DNA from: an uncultured euryarchaeote
GTDB taxonomy: Archaea > Thermoplasmatota > Poseidoniia > Poseidoniales > Poseidoniaceae
Assembly: GCA_937899865.1 (NCBI GenBank)
Contig: CALBRH010000044.1
Location: 78,981 to 142,980 of the forward strand
Direction: 5' to 3'
DNA: 64,000 nt
Part shown: in pieces, positions 1 to 10,228 of the stretch
Layout of the letters: each line of letters opens with the position of its first letter
How positions within the stretch are numbered: position 1 is the first letter of the stretch
The notes under the pieces: model-generated
The model's database searches: none
Seen by the model: only the letters and a program-made list of their open reading frames with translations
Told to the model about the DNA's origin: nothing
Program-made: the position numbers and the translations under genes

Positions 1-486
1 CGTGGTGTGCTTTATGTTGGGCTAATGATTACTGAAAATGGTGATCCAAATATAGTAGAATTCAATGTTAGATTTGGCGACCCAGAATGCCAAATCACGC
101 TACCACTTATCAAAACTGATTTGTTTGATGTCTTGTTTCATGCATCGATTGACAGGCTTGCGGATTTAGATGTTGAATTTCATAATGCCCATGCATTAAC
201 GGTAGTTTTAGCGTCAGAAGGATATCCAAGTAAGCCAATCAAGGGAAGAAAAATATCCGGACTAAATTTGGAAATACCCAAATTAAACATGGGAGACAGT
301 TGGGTTAATTTTGCAGGAGTAAAACAAGAAGGTCAAGACTATTTCTCAAGTGGTGGTAGAGTGCTTTCCTGCAGCGCTATTGCAAGTTCATTGAGCGAAG
401 CAGCTGAATTATCTTATCAATTGATGAACTCAATAACACTTGAAGGTAGTCATTATCGATTAGATATTGGAGGAAAAGCACTATGA
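1..486 (+). CDS. purD: Phosphoribosylamine--glycine ligase, C-terminal part (5' truncated by the window)
   Basis: Frame open from base 1 (RGVLYVGLM); motifs EFNVRFGDPE, VVLASEGYP and SSGGRVL are typical of GARS. Confidence 0.95.
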   Translation, partial: RGVLYVGLMITENGDPNIVEFNVRFGDPECQITLPLIKTDLFDVLFHASIDRLADLDVEFHNAHALTVVLASEGYPSKPIKGRKISGLNLEIPKLNMGDSWVNFAGVKQEGQDYFSSGGRVLSCSAIASSLSEAAELSYQLMNSITLEGSHYRLDIGGKAL

Positions 487-630
487 TTTTTTCTCTCATC
501 ATTTAATGTCTAAAACGCTTACTGCGGGAATATGAGCAATAGTAATGTGCGTCACTATTAAAAGAGGTTCTAAAGTGGCCAACTTGCTCCAGCCTTTAGG
601 CTGTCGCTAAACACCGATGAGGGAAAAAAA

Positions 631-3600
631 ATGGAAGAGAAAACAACAACATTGCGAAACTCTCCAGCACCAATGCTAGGGTGGCTAATTGCTCCACTAG
701 CAGTAATGCTGGCAATCGCTGCAATAATGGTCGGAGGAATTGACTTCGACTTAGATATGAACAACATGTCACCTCTGCTAATAGTTGCAGTAGGTGCAAT
801 CTTGGGTATAACTCCTAGAGTACTCAAGGACAATGGTGCTGTTAAAATCTCTTCCTCAGCACTTTCCCTTGCTACATTGGGTGTTGCCATGGTAGGGCAT
901 CAAGCAATAGTACACTTGACAGATGAAGGTGCTTTTACTGCTCTACAATTCTTAGTGGCCGCCTTTGGTGTGTACTTTTTTGATTCTCGTGGAAGACATG
1001 AAATTGCTACCTTGCTGACCTTTGGCTTGATTGGAATCAATGTCGGTATGATTGTTGCAGGTTCATACAACAGTGAACTTGACACAATATACACAATGCC
1101 TGATGAATCATTGATGGATACCTTAAATCTTCAAAGACAAGCACTTGGTTATGTATTCTTTAGTTATCTAACAATTTTCATAGCGCTTGGTCTACTAGTT
1201 GCCGTTCTTTCAAGAGGGGTAATAAATCCTGAAGGTAAAGAAGGATGGTTCTCCAAGATTTCATCGCATGATGGAGGCTATAATAAGGCAACAATGCCAT
1301 TGCAAATAGCTACACTGGTATGGATTTTAGCCCATGTTGGTAGTTTATATCACTTTGATTCAGTGTCAATGGCTGACAAACTTGGCCTTACTATGGTTGA
1401 TGATTATAGTGGGCACTTTGGATTCTGGGGTGCATTCTTCACAGGAATAATGGCAATGATTGTAGCAGGAATGTTTGCTGAAAAGTGGTATACTAGATCA
1501 ATGTTTTTCGGTTCTATGTGGCTTCTATACCTAGTATCTTCTTGGTATGAGGTAGGATTTTGGGAATCTGAACAACTTGAAGGCACATGGGGTGCTTTGA
1601 TATGGCTTGGTTTTACCTTCTTTATCTGTGTTGGAATCTATATGATTTCAACACATGAAAAGTATGGTGGATGGGCTAATCTTGATGAATATGAAGCGAG
1701 TGGGGCAAGAAAGTTCTGGAACGCACATTGGGCAAGTCTAATGGTAGGAGCAGCATTCTTCTTTGGATTAGTAATCAGAGTTCAGTGGTACTTGATTCCT
1801 TCAATGAATGCATTTGGAACAGGTAATTGGGATATGACTGGGGGTTCTGACCCTTGGTATATGAAGAGAGTTGTAGACTATATTCTTGCAAATAACGCAC
1901 ACTTCATTTTTGATGCAGACAGGTCATATCCACTTGGCGGTGTTAACCCTCGTCCACCATTGTTTACTTGGTCAATAGCGCTTGTAACAATGGCTTTGGA
2001 GCCAATGCTTGGTCCCGATGCTGTTTGGATTGCCATCTTAGGTCTACCAGCAATTTACGGTGCACTTACTATTTTCCCTATTGCAACAATAGCTAAGGAT
2101 AATTTTGGTAAGTCAACAGGAGTTGTTGCTGCATGGCTAATCGCTTTCATGCCTGCACACGTTTCCCACTCCACTTGGGGTCTAGCAGACCACGATGCTT
2201 TCGTAATGCTGTTCATTTCTATGGGATTCATGTTTTGGTTCAAAGCCATAAAGAATTCTGGAAACGAGAGACTTACCAAGACTTCATCTCCAAGAATTGC
2301 TGAGATTTTGAAGTCTTTTTCAGTAGTTGCCAGTGAGAAGAGATCATCAATGGCATTTGCTGTTCTAGCAGGTGTATCATTTGGTGTTGCATCTCTTGCT
2401 TGGAAAGGTTTCGTAGTCGGCCCAAGCATCTTGTTCTTGGCTTATTTTGTTCAAGTCGCACTTAATATGTTTAGAAGGAAAGATTCAACCACACTAAACG
2501 CATTGTTCCTTGCTATGTTAATATCAAATTTATTAATGGCAATCCCATTCTATGGACATCCACAAATGGCTTTAATCCTTGATGGTACTGGACTACAACC
2601 GTTCTTATTCGTCCTTGGATTTACCTTGGCAATATCATATGTTACTACAGGATTCCGTGACAAACCATGGTTATTGGTTCTCGGAACATTATTTGTCGCA
2701 GCAACTGTTTTCTTCATCATTTTGTTTGTATTGAAACAATTAGAAATCAGCAATGCTTGGGATGTTTTGTTTACTGGTAGTGGTTATTTCACTAAGACAA
2801 AGATATTCAGTACTGTTGCTGAGGCAAATGCGCCTGACAGAGGCCAGTTATTCGCTCAACTTGGGCCAATTGTATTAGTTCTAGCATTAACCATGGGATT
2901 CTATTCTATGTGGTCTACATTTAGAAATAAAAATCAATCACATTTATTCTTTGGAATTTGGATTTTTGCTGCAACTTACATGTCTTGGACTGCTGCTAGA
3001 TTTATGTTTAACGCAACCCCTGCAGTTGCCGTACTTGGTGCGTGGGGAATCGTTGCATTGTGGGATAAAGCAAATTGGCAAGGTTTGGTTCGCACATGGA
3101 AGAAATTTGGTGTAAGGACTCCTGCTGATAGAATTACTGGAGCTAGGAAAGCCGTTTGGCGAACACCATCGTTTTCTGCGATTTTGTTAATTATTCTACT
3201 TGTTGGTGGCCAGCAATTCACCTATGGATTGGATTCTGCAATTCCGGGTACAGATTCATCAGAAGATGATTTAGATGAGACTATTTACAACATTATCCCA
3301 GATGCTTTAAGATGGGAATTGGCAGGTTTTTCAATTCTTGATAGTAGCGCATATTCTGGAAATTGGTATCTAGGTTCATTTGGTTCATCATTCAATGATC
3401 CTGGCTGGAATAGGGCTTATGATTGGATGGCTCAACAAGATTCTCAGATGCATTTTTCCGAAAGGCCAGCTTTTGTATCTTGGTGGGATTATGGTTTCCA
3501 AGCATTGGATTCAGGTGAACATCCATCTGTTTCAGACAACTTCCAATCTGGAATCCCTGCAGCTGGAAATATGCTTCTTGCAAGGTCTCAAACTGATTTA

Positions 3601-6600
3601 GTGTCGATGTTTATTTGGCAACTTGCCACAGGAGACTTGCGCTACAACCAGATTAATACTGGTGATTATGAACTAACTAATGGATTTGATAAAATAGTCG
3701 AAAATCATATGCATACTGAAGAGCAACACGAATTGTTTGTCTCAATTCAAGAAGAGTTAGATGTCGACATAATGAAGCAAAACATTGACGATTATGCATT
3801 TACTGTCATCCAAACAAATGAAGCATCACAAGTTCAAGAAAATAGCAAGAATGTAATGGCTAGTGGATATCATAGAATAGATGGTATCGCAGATACTAGC
3901 ACTCTCTATTATAGAATCTATCAAGATGGAGAGAGAATGTTGTGTGACCCTGAAGTATCAGCATCCTGTGCTGATGGAGATTGGTCAAACTTCGATGATG
4001 CAAACATTACCTTCAACAATAATGTTCGCTCAGGGCAAGAAACACAGTACAAAACAACTCACTATATCTTTGGTGACTATTGGTATACCAATGACTTACG
4101 TGATGAATTTGGCTCAGTTTCAACACATATTCATAGACATAACACAAGAATAGCAATGACTACACAATTACTTAATGATATTATGACTGATTCACAAATA
4201 GTCGATCTATATGACGATTTGATTGGAATGGAAGACTATTACCATGTTCAAGATTATGAAGGTCTACCAGGGGATACAATTTCTCGTGACCATGAAATTA
4301 GATACTTTGCTATTGACAATCGACTTTATCCAAGAGCGGGTAGGTATACTGCAGATTATAGTTACAATCAAGGACAACCAATGGGTATCTTTGGTGCTCC
4401 AACAATTCTAAGTGGACAAGATGTTACTACTTTCATGGATGAAGTGTATGAAACCTCTCGTGGCAGTAGGAATTTCGAAATGACGCGTGAAGAAGTCGAC
4501 GAAGCTATGACGAATGACTTCTTAGACCAACAATCAGGTCTAGATATTGATCCACTCCAAGTGCAAGATGTTAGAGTAGATCATAACCCAGCATTCTTCG
4601 ACACCATGCTTGCTAGAACATATGTAGGATATGGTGCATCATCCCTAGGTGTTGATACCGGGTTCTCGAATCCTCAACCAGCACAACACTTTGGACTATC
4701 AGGAAGTCCAGGTTCGATACTACAACAAGCAGTTCCATTACCAGGAGCTATGATGAATCATTTCGTAATCTCAAACTGGTATGATGAAGATAACAATTTC
4801 ACAATAGGTTCTGCAAATACTAATGTCAAGATTATGAAGTATTATTCTGGTGCAGAAATTTCTGGTTCAGTAACATTGAGTGATAACGGTGTAGCACTTC
4901 CTGGAGTAAGGCTGTTGATTGAGAGAGATGCATTCTCTGGTGAAGGGGCAGAAGACATGGATGAAGATACTTATTGGATTCCAATTGGCTTTACAGATGC
5001 TGATGAAAATGGTGAATGGTCATTCCTTGCACCTGCAGGTAAGATTAGAGTTTCTGCCTTTGTAGGAACATTTGATGCTGAACAGGCTCGAGCCACAATT
5101 AACGATGGAAGTTATACTCAAGGTCTTAGCGATTTGCTAAATGAAGAGAATGATAATCGACAAGTTAATTCGCTAACTGCAATTTTGGGTAATGTCGCTA
5201 ATATGACCTGGTTGGGAGAAACACAATACAATGTTACTGGTGAGCAAGCCAACAGAACAGCATCATTTACTGATTCAATGGACATAGAAGTTGATAGTAG
5301 CGGTATATCTGGACAATTAACTTGGTCTGGAGATGAACTGTTTGATGGTGAAGCGATTGTTAACACAAACCTTGTTCTAAGAAATGTTCATGAAACATCT
5401 GACGATGTTGTTCTTGTAACTACTAATGGTTCCTTCACATCTGATGAAACTAGAATTATTCAAGGAACTGGTCAAGCCACATTCACTGAGAATGGTACAT
5501 TTGAGAGTGATGGTTTAGCTTCAGTACTAGATTTCCATGGAACTTTTACTCGAACAATTGGCGACAGTAGAACTTATGTTGCAAATGGAACATGGAATGG
5601 AACAGGTGAAATAAAGGCATCATGGATTGATTTGGTTGAAGGTTTTGATGTTGATTGTATAATCGATTCTAACGATTCTAGTAATGTTACTATGCCAACT
5701 AATGAGACCTTATGTTTGAAAGATGATTCTGGAGAATTACCGATTTATCTTATAGATGGTGAGGTGAATGCTAATGGAAGATTTACATCAGTTGGAGAAA
5801 CTGTACTTGTTCAAGAGCACGAAGGTTCATCTTTCGATGGAATTGGATTCTTTGAAGGAACAGGTACTTTCAATGGCACAGGAAGATTCGTAGGTTCTGG
5901 ACAATTCTCAGGAGATATGGTTAGCCCAGGTTCTTTCTATCAAACTGGAATAGTACCTGGCGAGTATGAAGTATTTGCTAATCTAGAAAATGGTAGAGAA
6001 GTGCAACTACCAGAAACGGTCACAGTTGGTATTAATCCTTCATTTGGAATTAGTTTGACGATGGCAGGTTCTATTATCTCAGGAAACCTAACTAATTCTT
6101 CTGGCGATGTAATCTCAAATGTAACATTTGAACTAATTGATACATTATTAGAAGATTCCTCACCAATTATGGTTGAGGTCAACGAAACTGGTGGTTACAA
6201 ATTTGGTCCAATTTCTACAGGAGATTATGAATTTAGAATTGATCTAGATGATGATGGATTCTATGAATCATCAGGGCAATTTACAATTGGCTCAGAATCA
6301 GAGCAATTGAGTCCAATATCCGATGTTCCGGATTCATTTGATCTTATTATCACTCTAAATTCTCCAGTTGACGAAAATGAAATACCTCTTATTGATACAG
6401 CAGAACAAAATTTCACAATTAAAGATCAATTTGGATTTAGTGTTGATGTTGTATCTGATTCTGAAGGTAAAGTAACTATTGAACTTCCTAATGGTGATTA
6501 TACAATTGAACAAAATGATGTTTCCGATTATTATTTATTCTCATCTATTGAAGTTAACAACGAAGATATTGAATTTGATCTTTCATACTCTATTGCCTCA

Positions 6601-9600
6601 GAGATAACTGGCACATTGCTGGCTTATACAACTACATTTGATGAGAATTGGGAACAAAAAGACATTGATGCAAATACAACACAAGCATCTCAATTAGAGA
6701 TTACCTTCAGTTCTGAAAATTTCTCTTTCTCTACTACTACTGACTCAGATGGTAATTTCTCCATAGAATTACCTGGTGATTTAGAATATGTAATGAAGGC
6801 TTTTTCCGCAGCGTCAAATTATGGTGTTGGGATAAATGTTAACCCAAACAATAGTAGTAATATTGATCTAGGGAATATCTACCTCAATCCGCTTGTTTCA
6901 GTTACCGGTACACTATTTGTTGATGACAACATTACTTCTTGGAATGCTCAACAATTTATTGGCCTAACTCCAGAAATAATTGCGATTGATGAAAATGGTG
7001 TTGAATGGTCGACAGAAACCTCGCCGAGCGGTGATTTCTCCTTCCAGATAGCTTCGGGTCTTTACGACTTTATGGGCTCGGAGTCTGAGTACAATATTAC
7101 TACAGTTGAAGGTTGGAGTGTGACAGACTCAATCCAAGATACTATAGTAAATCTAACTGCAAATATAGAGCCAGTAATTATTGATGTTTATGTATGTTTG
7201 AGCAATGATGATGTCGAGACTTGTGATGATATTTCACCTGCTGCAGCACAGGTTGAAATAGTAGCACCAAGTTCAGATTTCAAGTCTTATTCACTCAATA
7301 CATCTGACTTTGATATTAATGGAAAAGCCAGCTTGGAATTAATGCCAGGAAGTTATCAATTAATTGTAAATCACTCATTATCATCTGATTTAGGTGCATC
7401 GGATTACAATACTTTCTACCAATCAAAATCGGTTGAAATAAGCTTGTTTGATGATGAAAATAATGATATTCATATCATTTTGTCTAACGAACGACTCTTT
7501 ACAGGCGTAGTAGAAATTGCTGATTCAACCTTGAATAATACCCAATTCCTAATGTATAATCAAACCAATGACCAATGGCTTTCAATCAATACTAATGATA
7601 CAGGTGTATTTAATCAATATGTACCTATTGGGGATTGGATAATTATTATTGCTAATCAAGATTATGAAAATAACACCTTTGTATTGAGATCCCCTATTAC
7701 CATCGATGAAAATTCTGCTTCAAGAACAGAACTAACTTTATCTATGGTAGAATGTGTTGAAGTCAGTTTCAATCTAAAAGAACAATTGACTGGAGGTAAT
7801 ATTTCAGATGTAAGAATTACCGCTGTAAGCAACGATGGCTATGGCAACATTACTCTTCAACCGAGTAATTCATCAGGTGCTGTTGTTGACAAAATTATGC
7901 CAGGTAGTTGGAATCTTTTCTTAGATAAAGAAACCAGCAATAAGCGCCTATCGATTGAATCAGAATTGTATAGTTTCGATACCAATGGTTTGACTACTTA
8001 TGACGGTGGGGATGTAATGGTTATGACTGAGGTTACTATTGGAGGCAAGGTTTTCTGGGATTTCAATAATAATTCTCTAGTAGATTTCCTTGAAGAAATT
8101 TCTGATGCTAATTTATCGATATCCTCATTAGATGGTACTTTGGAATTCAATGTGACAACAAATGAAAATGGCGTTTGGTCGCAATTTGTACCAATCCAAA
8201 ATACTTACAACATTACAGTCGATAAGGAAGGTTATACTACTGGTTATTACAATATTGATGGTGCTGATGGTATTTCTGTTGAAAACGAATCCGAATCATT
8301 TAACATCGATGTTGAGGCAAGTAATGTAATCGTTAATGGAGTTATCACTTCTGAATTATTAGATCAAGAAGCAAGTCTTGTAGGTGCAACGATTACTCTT
8401 TATCCTGAGTCTGGAAGAGATGCGCAACCGGTTGTTGTGTTTGGTTCATACTCAAATGGTGAACTATCATGGTCTACTAGTGTCGAACCAGGGAATTGGA
8501 TTGTAGTTGCTGAAAGTTTGGTATTTGATGAAAATACTGGTGGTATTTCAATAGGTTATTTGGATGCCAATGTAGTTGATGGTGGCACATTAGATATGGT
8601 AATGAAATCTGGTGGCTATGTCGAAATTGAAACCAGTTGGGAAGATATCACATTAACTACTCATAATGCAGGTTCTTCAGGTACTGGTTCAGATATGATT
8701 TCTGATATAGTAGAATATACCGTAGATATCGGCCTAGAATCAAGTTGGAATTATACTGTTAGTGAGGATGGGTCAATGTCAATATTGTTACCTGTTGGCG
8801 ATTTCCAAATATCTTCAACTTTTACTACTGTTCAGCACTACAAAGAACTGGAAATGGATTACTCTGGAACCACTTTCGGTACAGTCGAACAAGGAATAGT
8901 AGATGTTGAATTAAATTACTTAAGATTGCCAAACTCAGAATCAGAAGTCACCATTAATGCTACCTCAATTGCCAATGCAACATTCATCGAATCAGTAGCT
9001 CTAACACCTATTGTTGATGATAGTGAAGACGTTAGTGATGATGATAGAATGTACAAAATTATTGAGTTTGATATCGATATAGATTATGTTGGAACAGAAA
9101 TAAGTGACGTTCTAACGGTTAGTGGTACAATTGCCGACACTTTAGATTCTGAAGATTGGACTATTGAAGTCTTTAACGGGACAGAGTGGACAAATGAGGC
9201 TGAAATTAAAATTGGAATAGGTGAATCATTGAATGATGATTCAGTAGATGATTTCGCAACTGTAAAAATGCGAATGATCTTACCTAATGTAACATCATCA
9301 TTAAGTCTTGAAGATGGTCACAAGATTCGTATTGATGTTGCAGGAGAATCGGGGCCATCCGGTTTCATTGATATGATTGTGAATGTACCTCAATACTATG
9401 GTATGGAAATTTCTGATGCAATTACTCAAACTGGAGTTTCACCAGGTGGTACTGGAACATTCTCGTTCACTCTAACTAACACAGGTAATGGTGATGATTC
9501 ATTTGTCATTGAACTTGCAGAAAATCTTCCAGAAGGATGGCAGATCACACCTACGACAAGTACGTTGACTATTTCTAAAGATGATCAAAGAAATCAACCG

Positions 9601-10176
9601 TTCTCAATTTTTGCTCCTGAATCATTTACATCAGGAGAAATTGAAGCAACTGTTACAATTACCAGTGAAGATGGTATTACATCTGAAACTATTACTGTTA
9701 AGATTCAATCAGCTAGAATCAATCTAGATGTCGATGAAACTCTTTCACAAGAATTAACTAAAGTTTACGAGAGTCAACCTGGACAATTGGTTGTACCAAT
9801 TTCAAATTCAGGTTTCAGAACTGCAAGCACAGTTCTTGTTACAGTGAACTTAACTAACGATGCAGGTAATAATGTACTTGAAAACATTGGTAATCAAACT
9901 ATTAGCATCCCTGCAGGTCAAACAATCAATGCAACATTTACTTTAGATGAGTCTTCAAAGAAATTTAACAGATTTTCGATAAGCGTTGATGTTTTGGGTG
10001 AAGATATGGATTATGTTGAAGATTCAGTAGAGCCATTTGATTATCAAGAAGAAACAATTCTAGATACTTCTGAACCAACTTCTGGTTGGTTTATGATAGT
10101 AATAGTTGCTCTTACCTTACTTGTTGGTTACGGTGGATTGAAGGTTGCACGAAATAAGAGCTCAACTAGATTCTGA
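631..10176 (+). CDS. aglB: Giant oligosaccharyltransferase AglB/STT3 with an extra N-terminal membrane domain, a long C-terminal Ig-like stalk and a TM anchor
   Basis: STT3 motifs DPWY, DHD, TVAE, WWDYG (3481-3495) and DNFQ; multi-TM N-half; GAGGG SD before the ATG; C-terminal hydrophobic helix with a basic tail. Confidence 0.92.
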   Translation: MEEKTTTLRNSPAPMLGWLIAPLAVMLAIAAIMVGGIDFDLDMNNMSPLLIVAVGAILGITPRVLKDNGAVKISSSALSLATLGVAMVGHQAIVHLTDEGAFTALQFLVAAFGVYFFDSRGRHEIATLLTFGLIGINVGMIVAGSYNSELDTIYTMPDESLMDTLNLQRQALGYVFFSYLTIFIALGLLVAVLSRGVINPEGKEGWFSKISSHDGGYNKATMPLQIATLVWILAHVGSLYHFDSVSMADKLGLTMVDDYSGHFGFWGAFFTGIMAMIVAGMFAEKWYTRSMFFGSMWLLYLVSSWYEVGFWESEQLEGTWGALIWLGFTFFICVGIYMISTHEKYGGWANLDEYEASGARKFWNAHWASLMVGAAFFFGLVIRVQWYLIPSMNAFGTGNWDMTGGSDPWYMKRVVDYILANNAHFIFDADRSYPLGGVNPRPPLFTWSIALVTMALEPMLGPDAVWIAILGLPAIYGALTIFPIATIAKDNFGKSTGVVAAWLIAFMPAHVSHSTWGLADHDAFVMLFISMGFMFWFKAIKNSGNERLTKTSSPRIAEILKSFSVVASEKRSSMAFAVLAGVSFGVASLAWKGFVVGPSILFLAYFVQVALNMFRRKDSTTLNALFLAMLISNLLMAIPFYGHPQMALILDGTGLQPFLFVLGFTLAISYVTTGFRDKPWLLVLGTLFVAATVFFIILFVLKQLEISNAWDVLFTGSGYFTKTKIFSTVAEANAPDRGQLFAQLGPIVLVLALTMGFYSMWSTFRNKNQSHLFFGIWIFAATYMSWTAARFMFNATPAVAVLGAWGIVALWDKANWQGLVRTWKKFGVRTPADRITGARKAVWRTPSFSAILLIILLVGGQQFTYGLDSAIPGTDSSEDDLDETIYNIIPDALRWELAGFSILDSSAYSGNWYLGSFGSSFNDPGWNRAYDWMAQQDSQMHFSERPAFVSWWDYGFQALDSGEHPSVSDNFQSGIPAAGNMLLARSQTDLVSMFIWQLATGDLRYNQINTGDYELTNGFDKIVENHMHTEEQHELFVSIQEELDVDIMKQNIDDYAFTVIQTNEASQVQENSKNVMASGYHRIDGIADTSTLYYRIYQDGERMLCDPEVSASCADGDWSNFDDANITFNNNVRSGQETQYKTTHYIFGDYWYTNDLRDEFGSVSTHIHRHNTRIAMTTQLLNDIMTDSQIVDLYDDLIGMEDYYHVQDYEGLPGDTISRDHEIRYFAIDNRLYPRAGRYTADYSYNQGQPMGIFGAPTILSGQDVTTFMDEVYETSRGSRNFEMTREEVDEAMTNDFLDQQSGLDIDPLQVQDVRVDHNPAFFDTMLARTYVGYGASSLGVDTGFSNPQPAQHFGLSGSPGSILQQAVPLPGAMMNHFVISNWYDEDNNFTIGSANTNVKIMKYYSGAEISGSVTLSDNGVALPGVRLLIERDAFSGEGAEDMDEDTYWIPIGFTDADENGEWSFLAPAGKIRVSAFVGTFDAEQARATINDGSYTQGLSDLLNEENDNRQVNSLTAILGNVANMTWLGETQYNVTGEQANRTASFTDSMDIEVDSSGISGQLTWSGDELFDGEAIVNTNLVLRNVHETSDDVVLVTTNGSFTSDETRIIQGTGQATFTENGTFESDGLASVLDFHGTFTRTIGDSRTYVANGTWNGTGEIKASWIDLVEGFDVDCIIDSNDSSNVTMPTNETLCLKDDSGELPIYLIDGEVNANGRFTSVGETVLVQEHEGSSFDGIGFFEGTGTFNGTGRFVGSGQFSGDMVSPGSFYQTGIVPGEYEVFANLENGREVQLPETVTVGINPSFGISLTMAGSIISGNLTNSSGDVISNVTFELIDTLLEDSSPIMVEVNETGGYKFGPISTGDYEFRIDLDDDGFYESSGQFTIGSESEQLSPISDVPDSFDLIITLNSPVDENEIPLIDTAEQNFTIKDQFGFSVDVVSDSEGKVTIELPNGDYTIEQNDVSDYYLFSSIEVNNEDIEFDLSYSIASEITGTLLAYTTTFDENWEQKDIDANTTQASQLEITFSSENFSFSTTTDSDGNFSIELPGDLEYVMKAFSAASNYGVGINVNPNNSSNIDLGNIYLNPLVSVTGTLFVDDNITSWNAQQFIGLTPEIIAIDENGVEWSTETSPSGDFSFQIASGLYDFMGSESEYNITTVEGWSVTDSIQDTIVNLTANIEPVIIDVYVCLSNDDVETCDDISPAAAQVEIVAPSSDFKSYSLNTSDFDINGKASLELMPGSYQLIVNHSLSSDLGASDYNTFYQSKSVEISLFDDENNDIHIILSNERLFTGVVEIADSTLNNTQFLMYNQTNDQWLSINTNDTGVFNQYVPIGDWIIIIANQDYENNTFVLRSPITIDENSASRTELTLSMVECVEVSFNLKEQLTGGNISDVRITAVSNDGYGNITLQPSNSSGAVVDKIMPGSWNLFLDKETSNKRLSIESELYSFDTNGLTTYDGGDVMVMTEVTIGGKVFWDFNNNSLVDFLEEISDANLSISSLDGTLEFNVTTNENGVWSQFVPIQNTYNITVDKEGYTTGYYNIDGADGISVENESESFNIDVEASNVIVNGVITSELLDQEASLVGATITLYPESGRDAQPVVVFGSYSNGELSWSTSVEPGNWIVVAESLVFDENTGGISIGYLDANVVDGGTLDMVMKSGGYVEIETSWEDITLTTHNAGSSGTGSDMISDIVEYTVDIGLESSWNYTVSEDGSMSILLPVGDFQISSTFTTVQHYKELEMDYSGTTFGTVEQGIVDVELNYLRLPNSESEVTINATSIANATFIESVALTPIVDDSEDVSDDDRMYKIIEFDIDIDYVGTEISDVLTVSGTIADTLDSEDWTIEVFNGTEWTNEAEIKIGIGESLNDDSVDDFATVKMRMILPNVTSSLSLEDGHKIRIDVAGESGPSGFIDMIVNVPQYYGMEISDAITQTGVSPGGTGTFSFTLTNTGNGDDSFVIELAENLPEGWQITPTTSTLTISKDDQRNQPFSIFAPESFTSGEIEATVTITSEDGITSETITVKIQSARINLDVDETLSQELTKVYESQPGQLVVPISNSGFRTASTVLVTVNLTNDAGNNVLENIGNQTISIPAGQTINATFTLDESSKKFNRFSISVDVLGEDMDYVEDSVEPFDYQEETILDTSEPTSGWFMIVIVALTLLVGYGGLKVARNKSSTRF

Positions 10177-10228
10177 TTTCAGACAATAGATTAAATGCTT
10201 GACCCGCAGATTACTGTGTGGTGGAGAG

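Noticed and set aside
484-486. Stop-codon readthrough (Sec/Pyl) at TGA/TAG-ending genes
   Set aside because: Proteins end at expected family C-termini; no split domain pairs across a single stop were seen.
538-559. AATAGT-N10-ACTATT inverted repeat at the aglB promoter
   Set aside because: A 6-bp AT-rich match expected by chance; no second copy seen.
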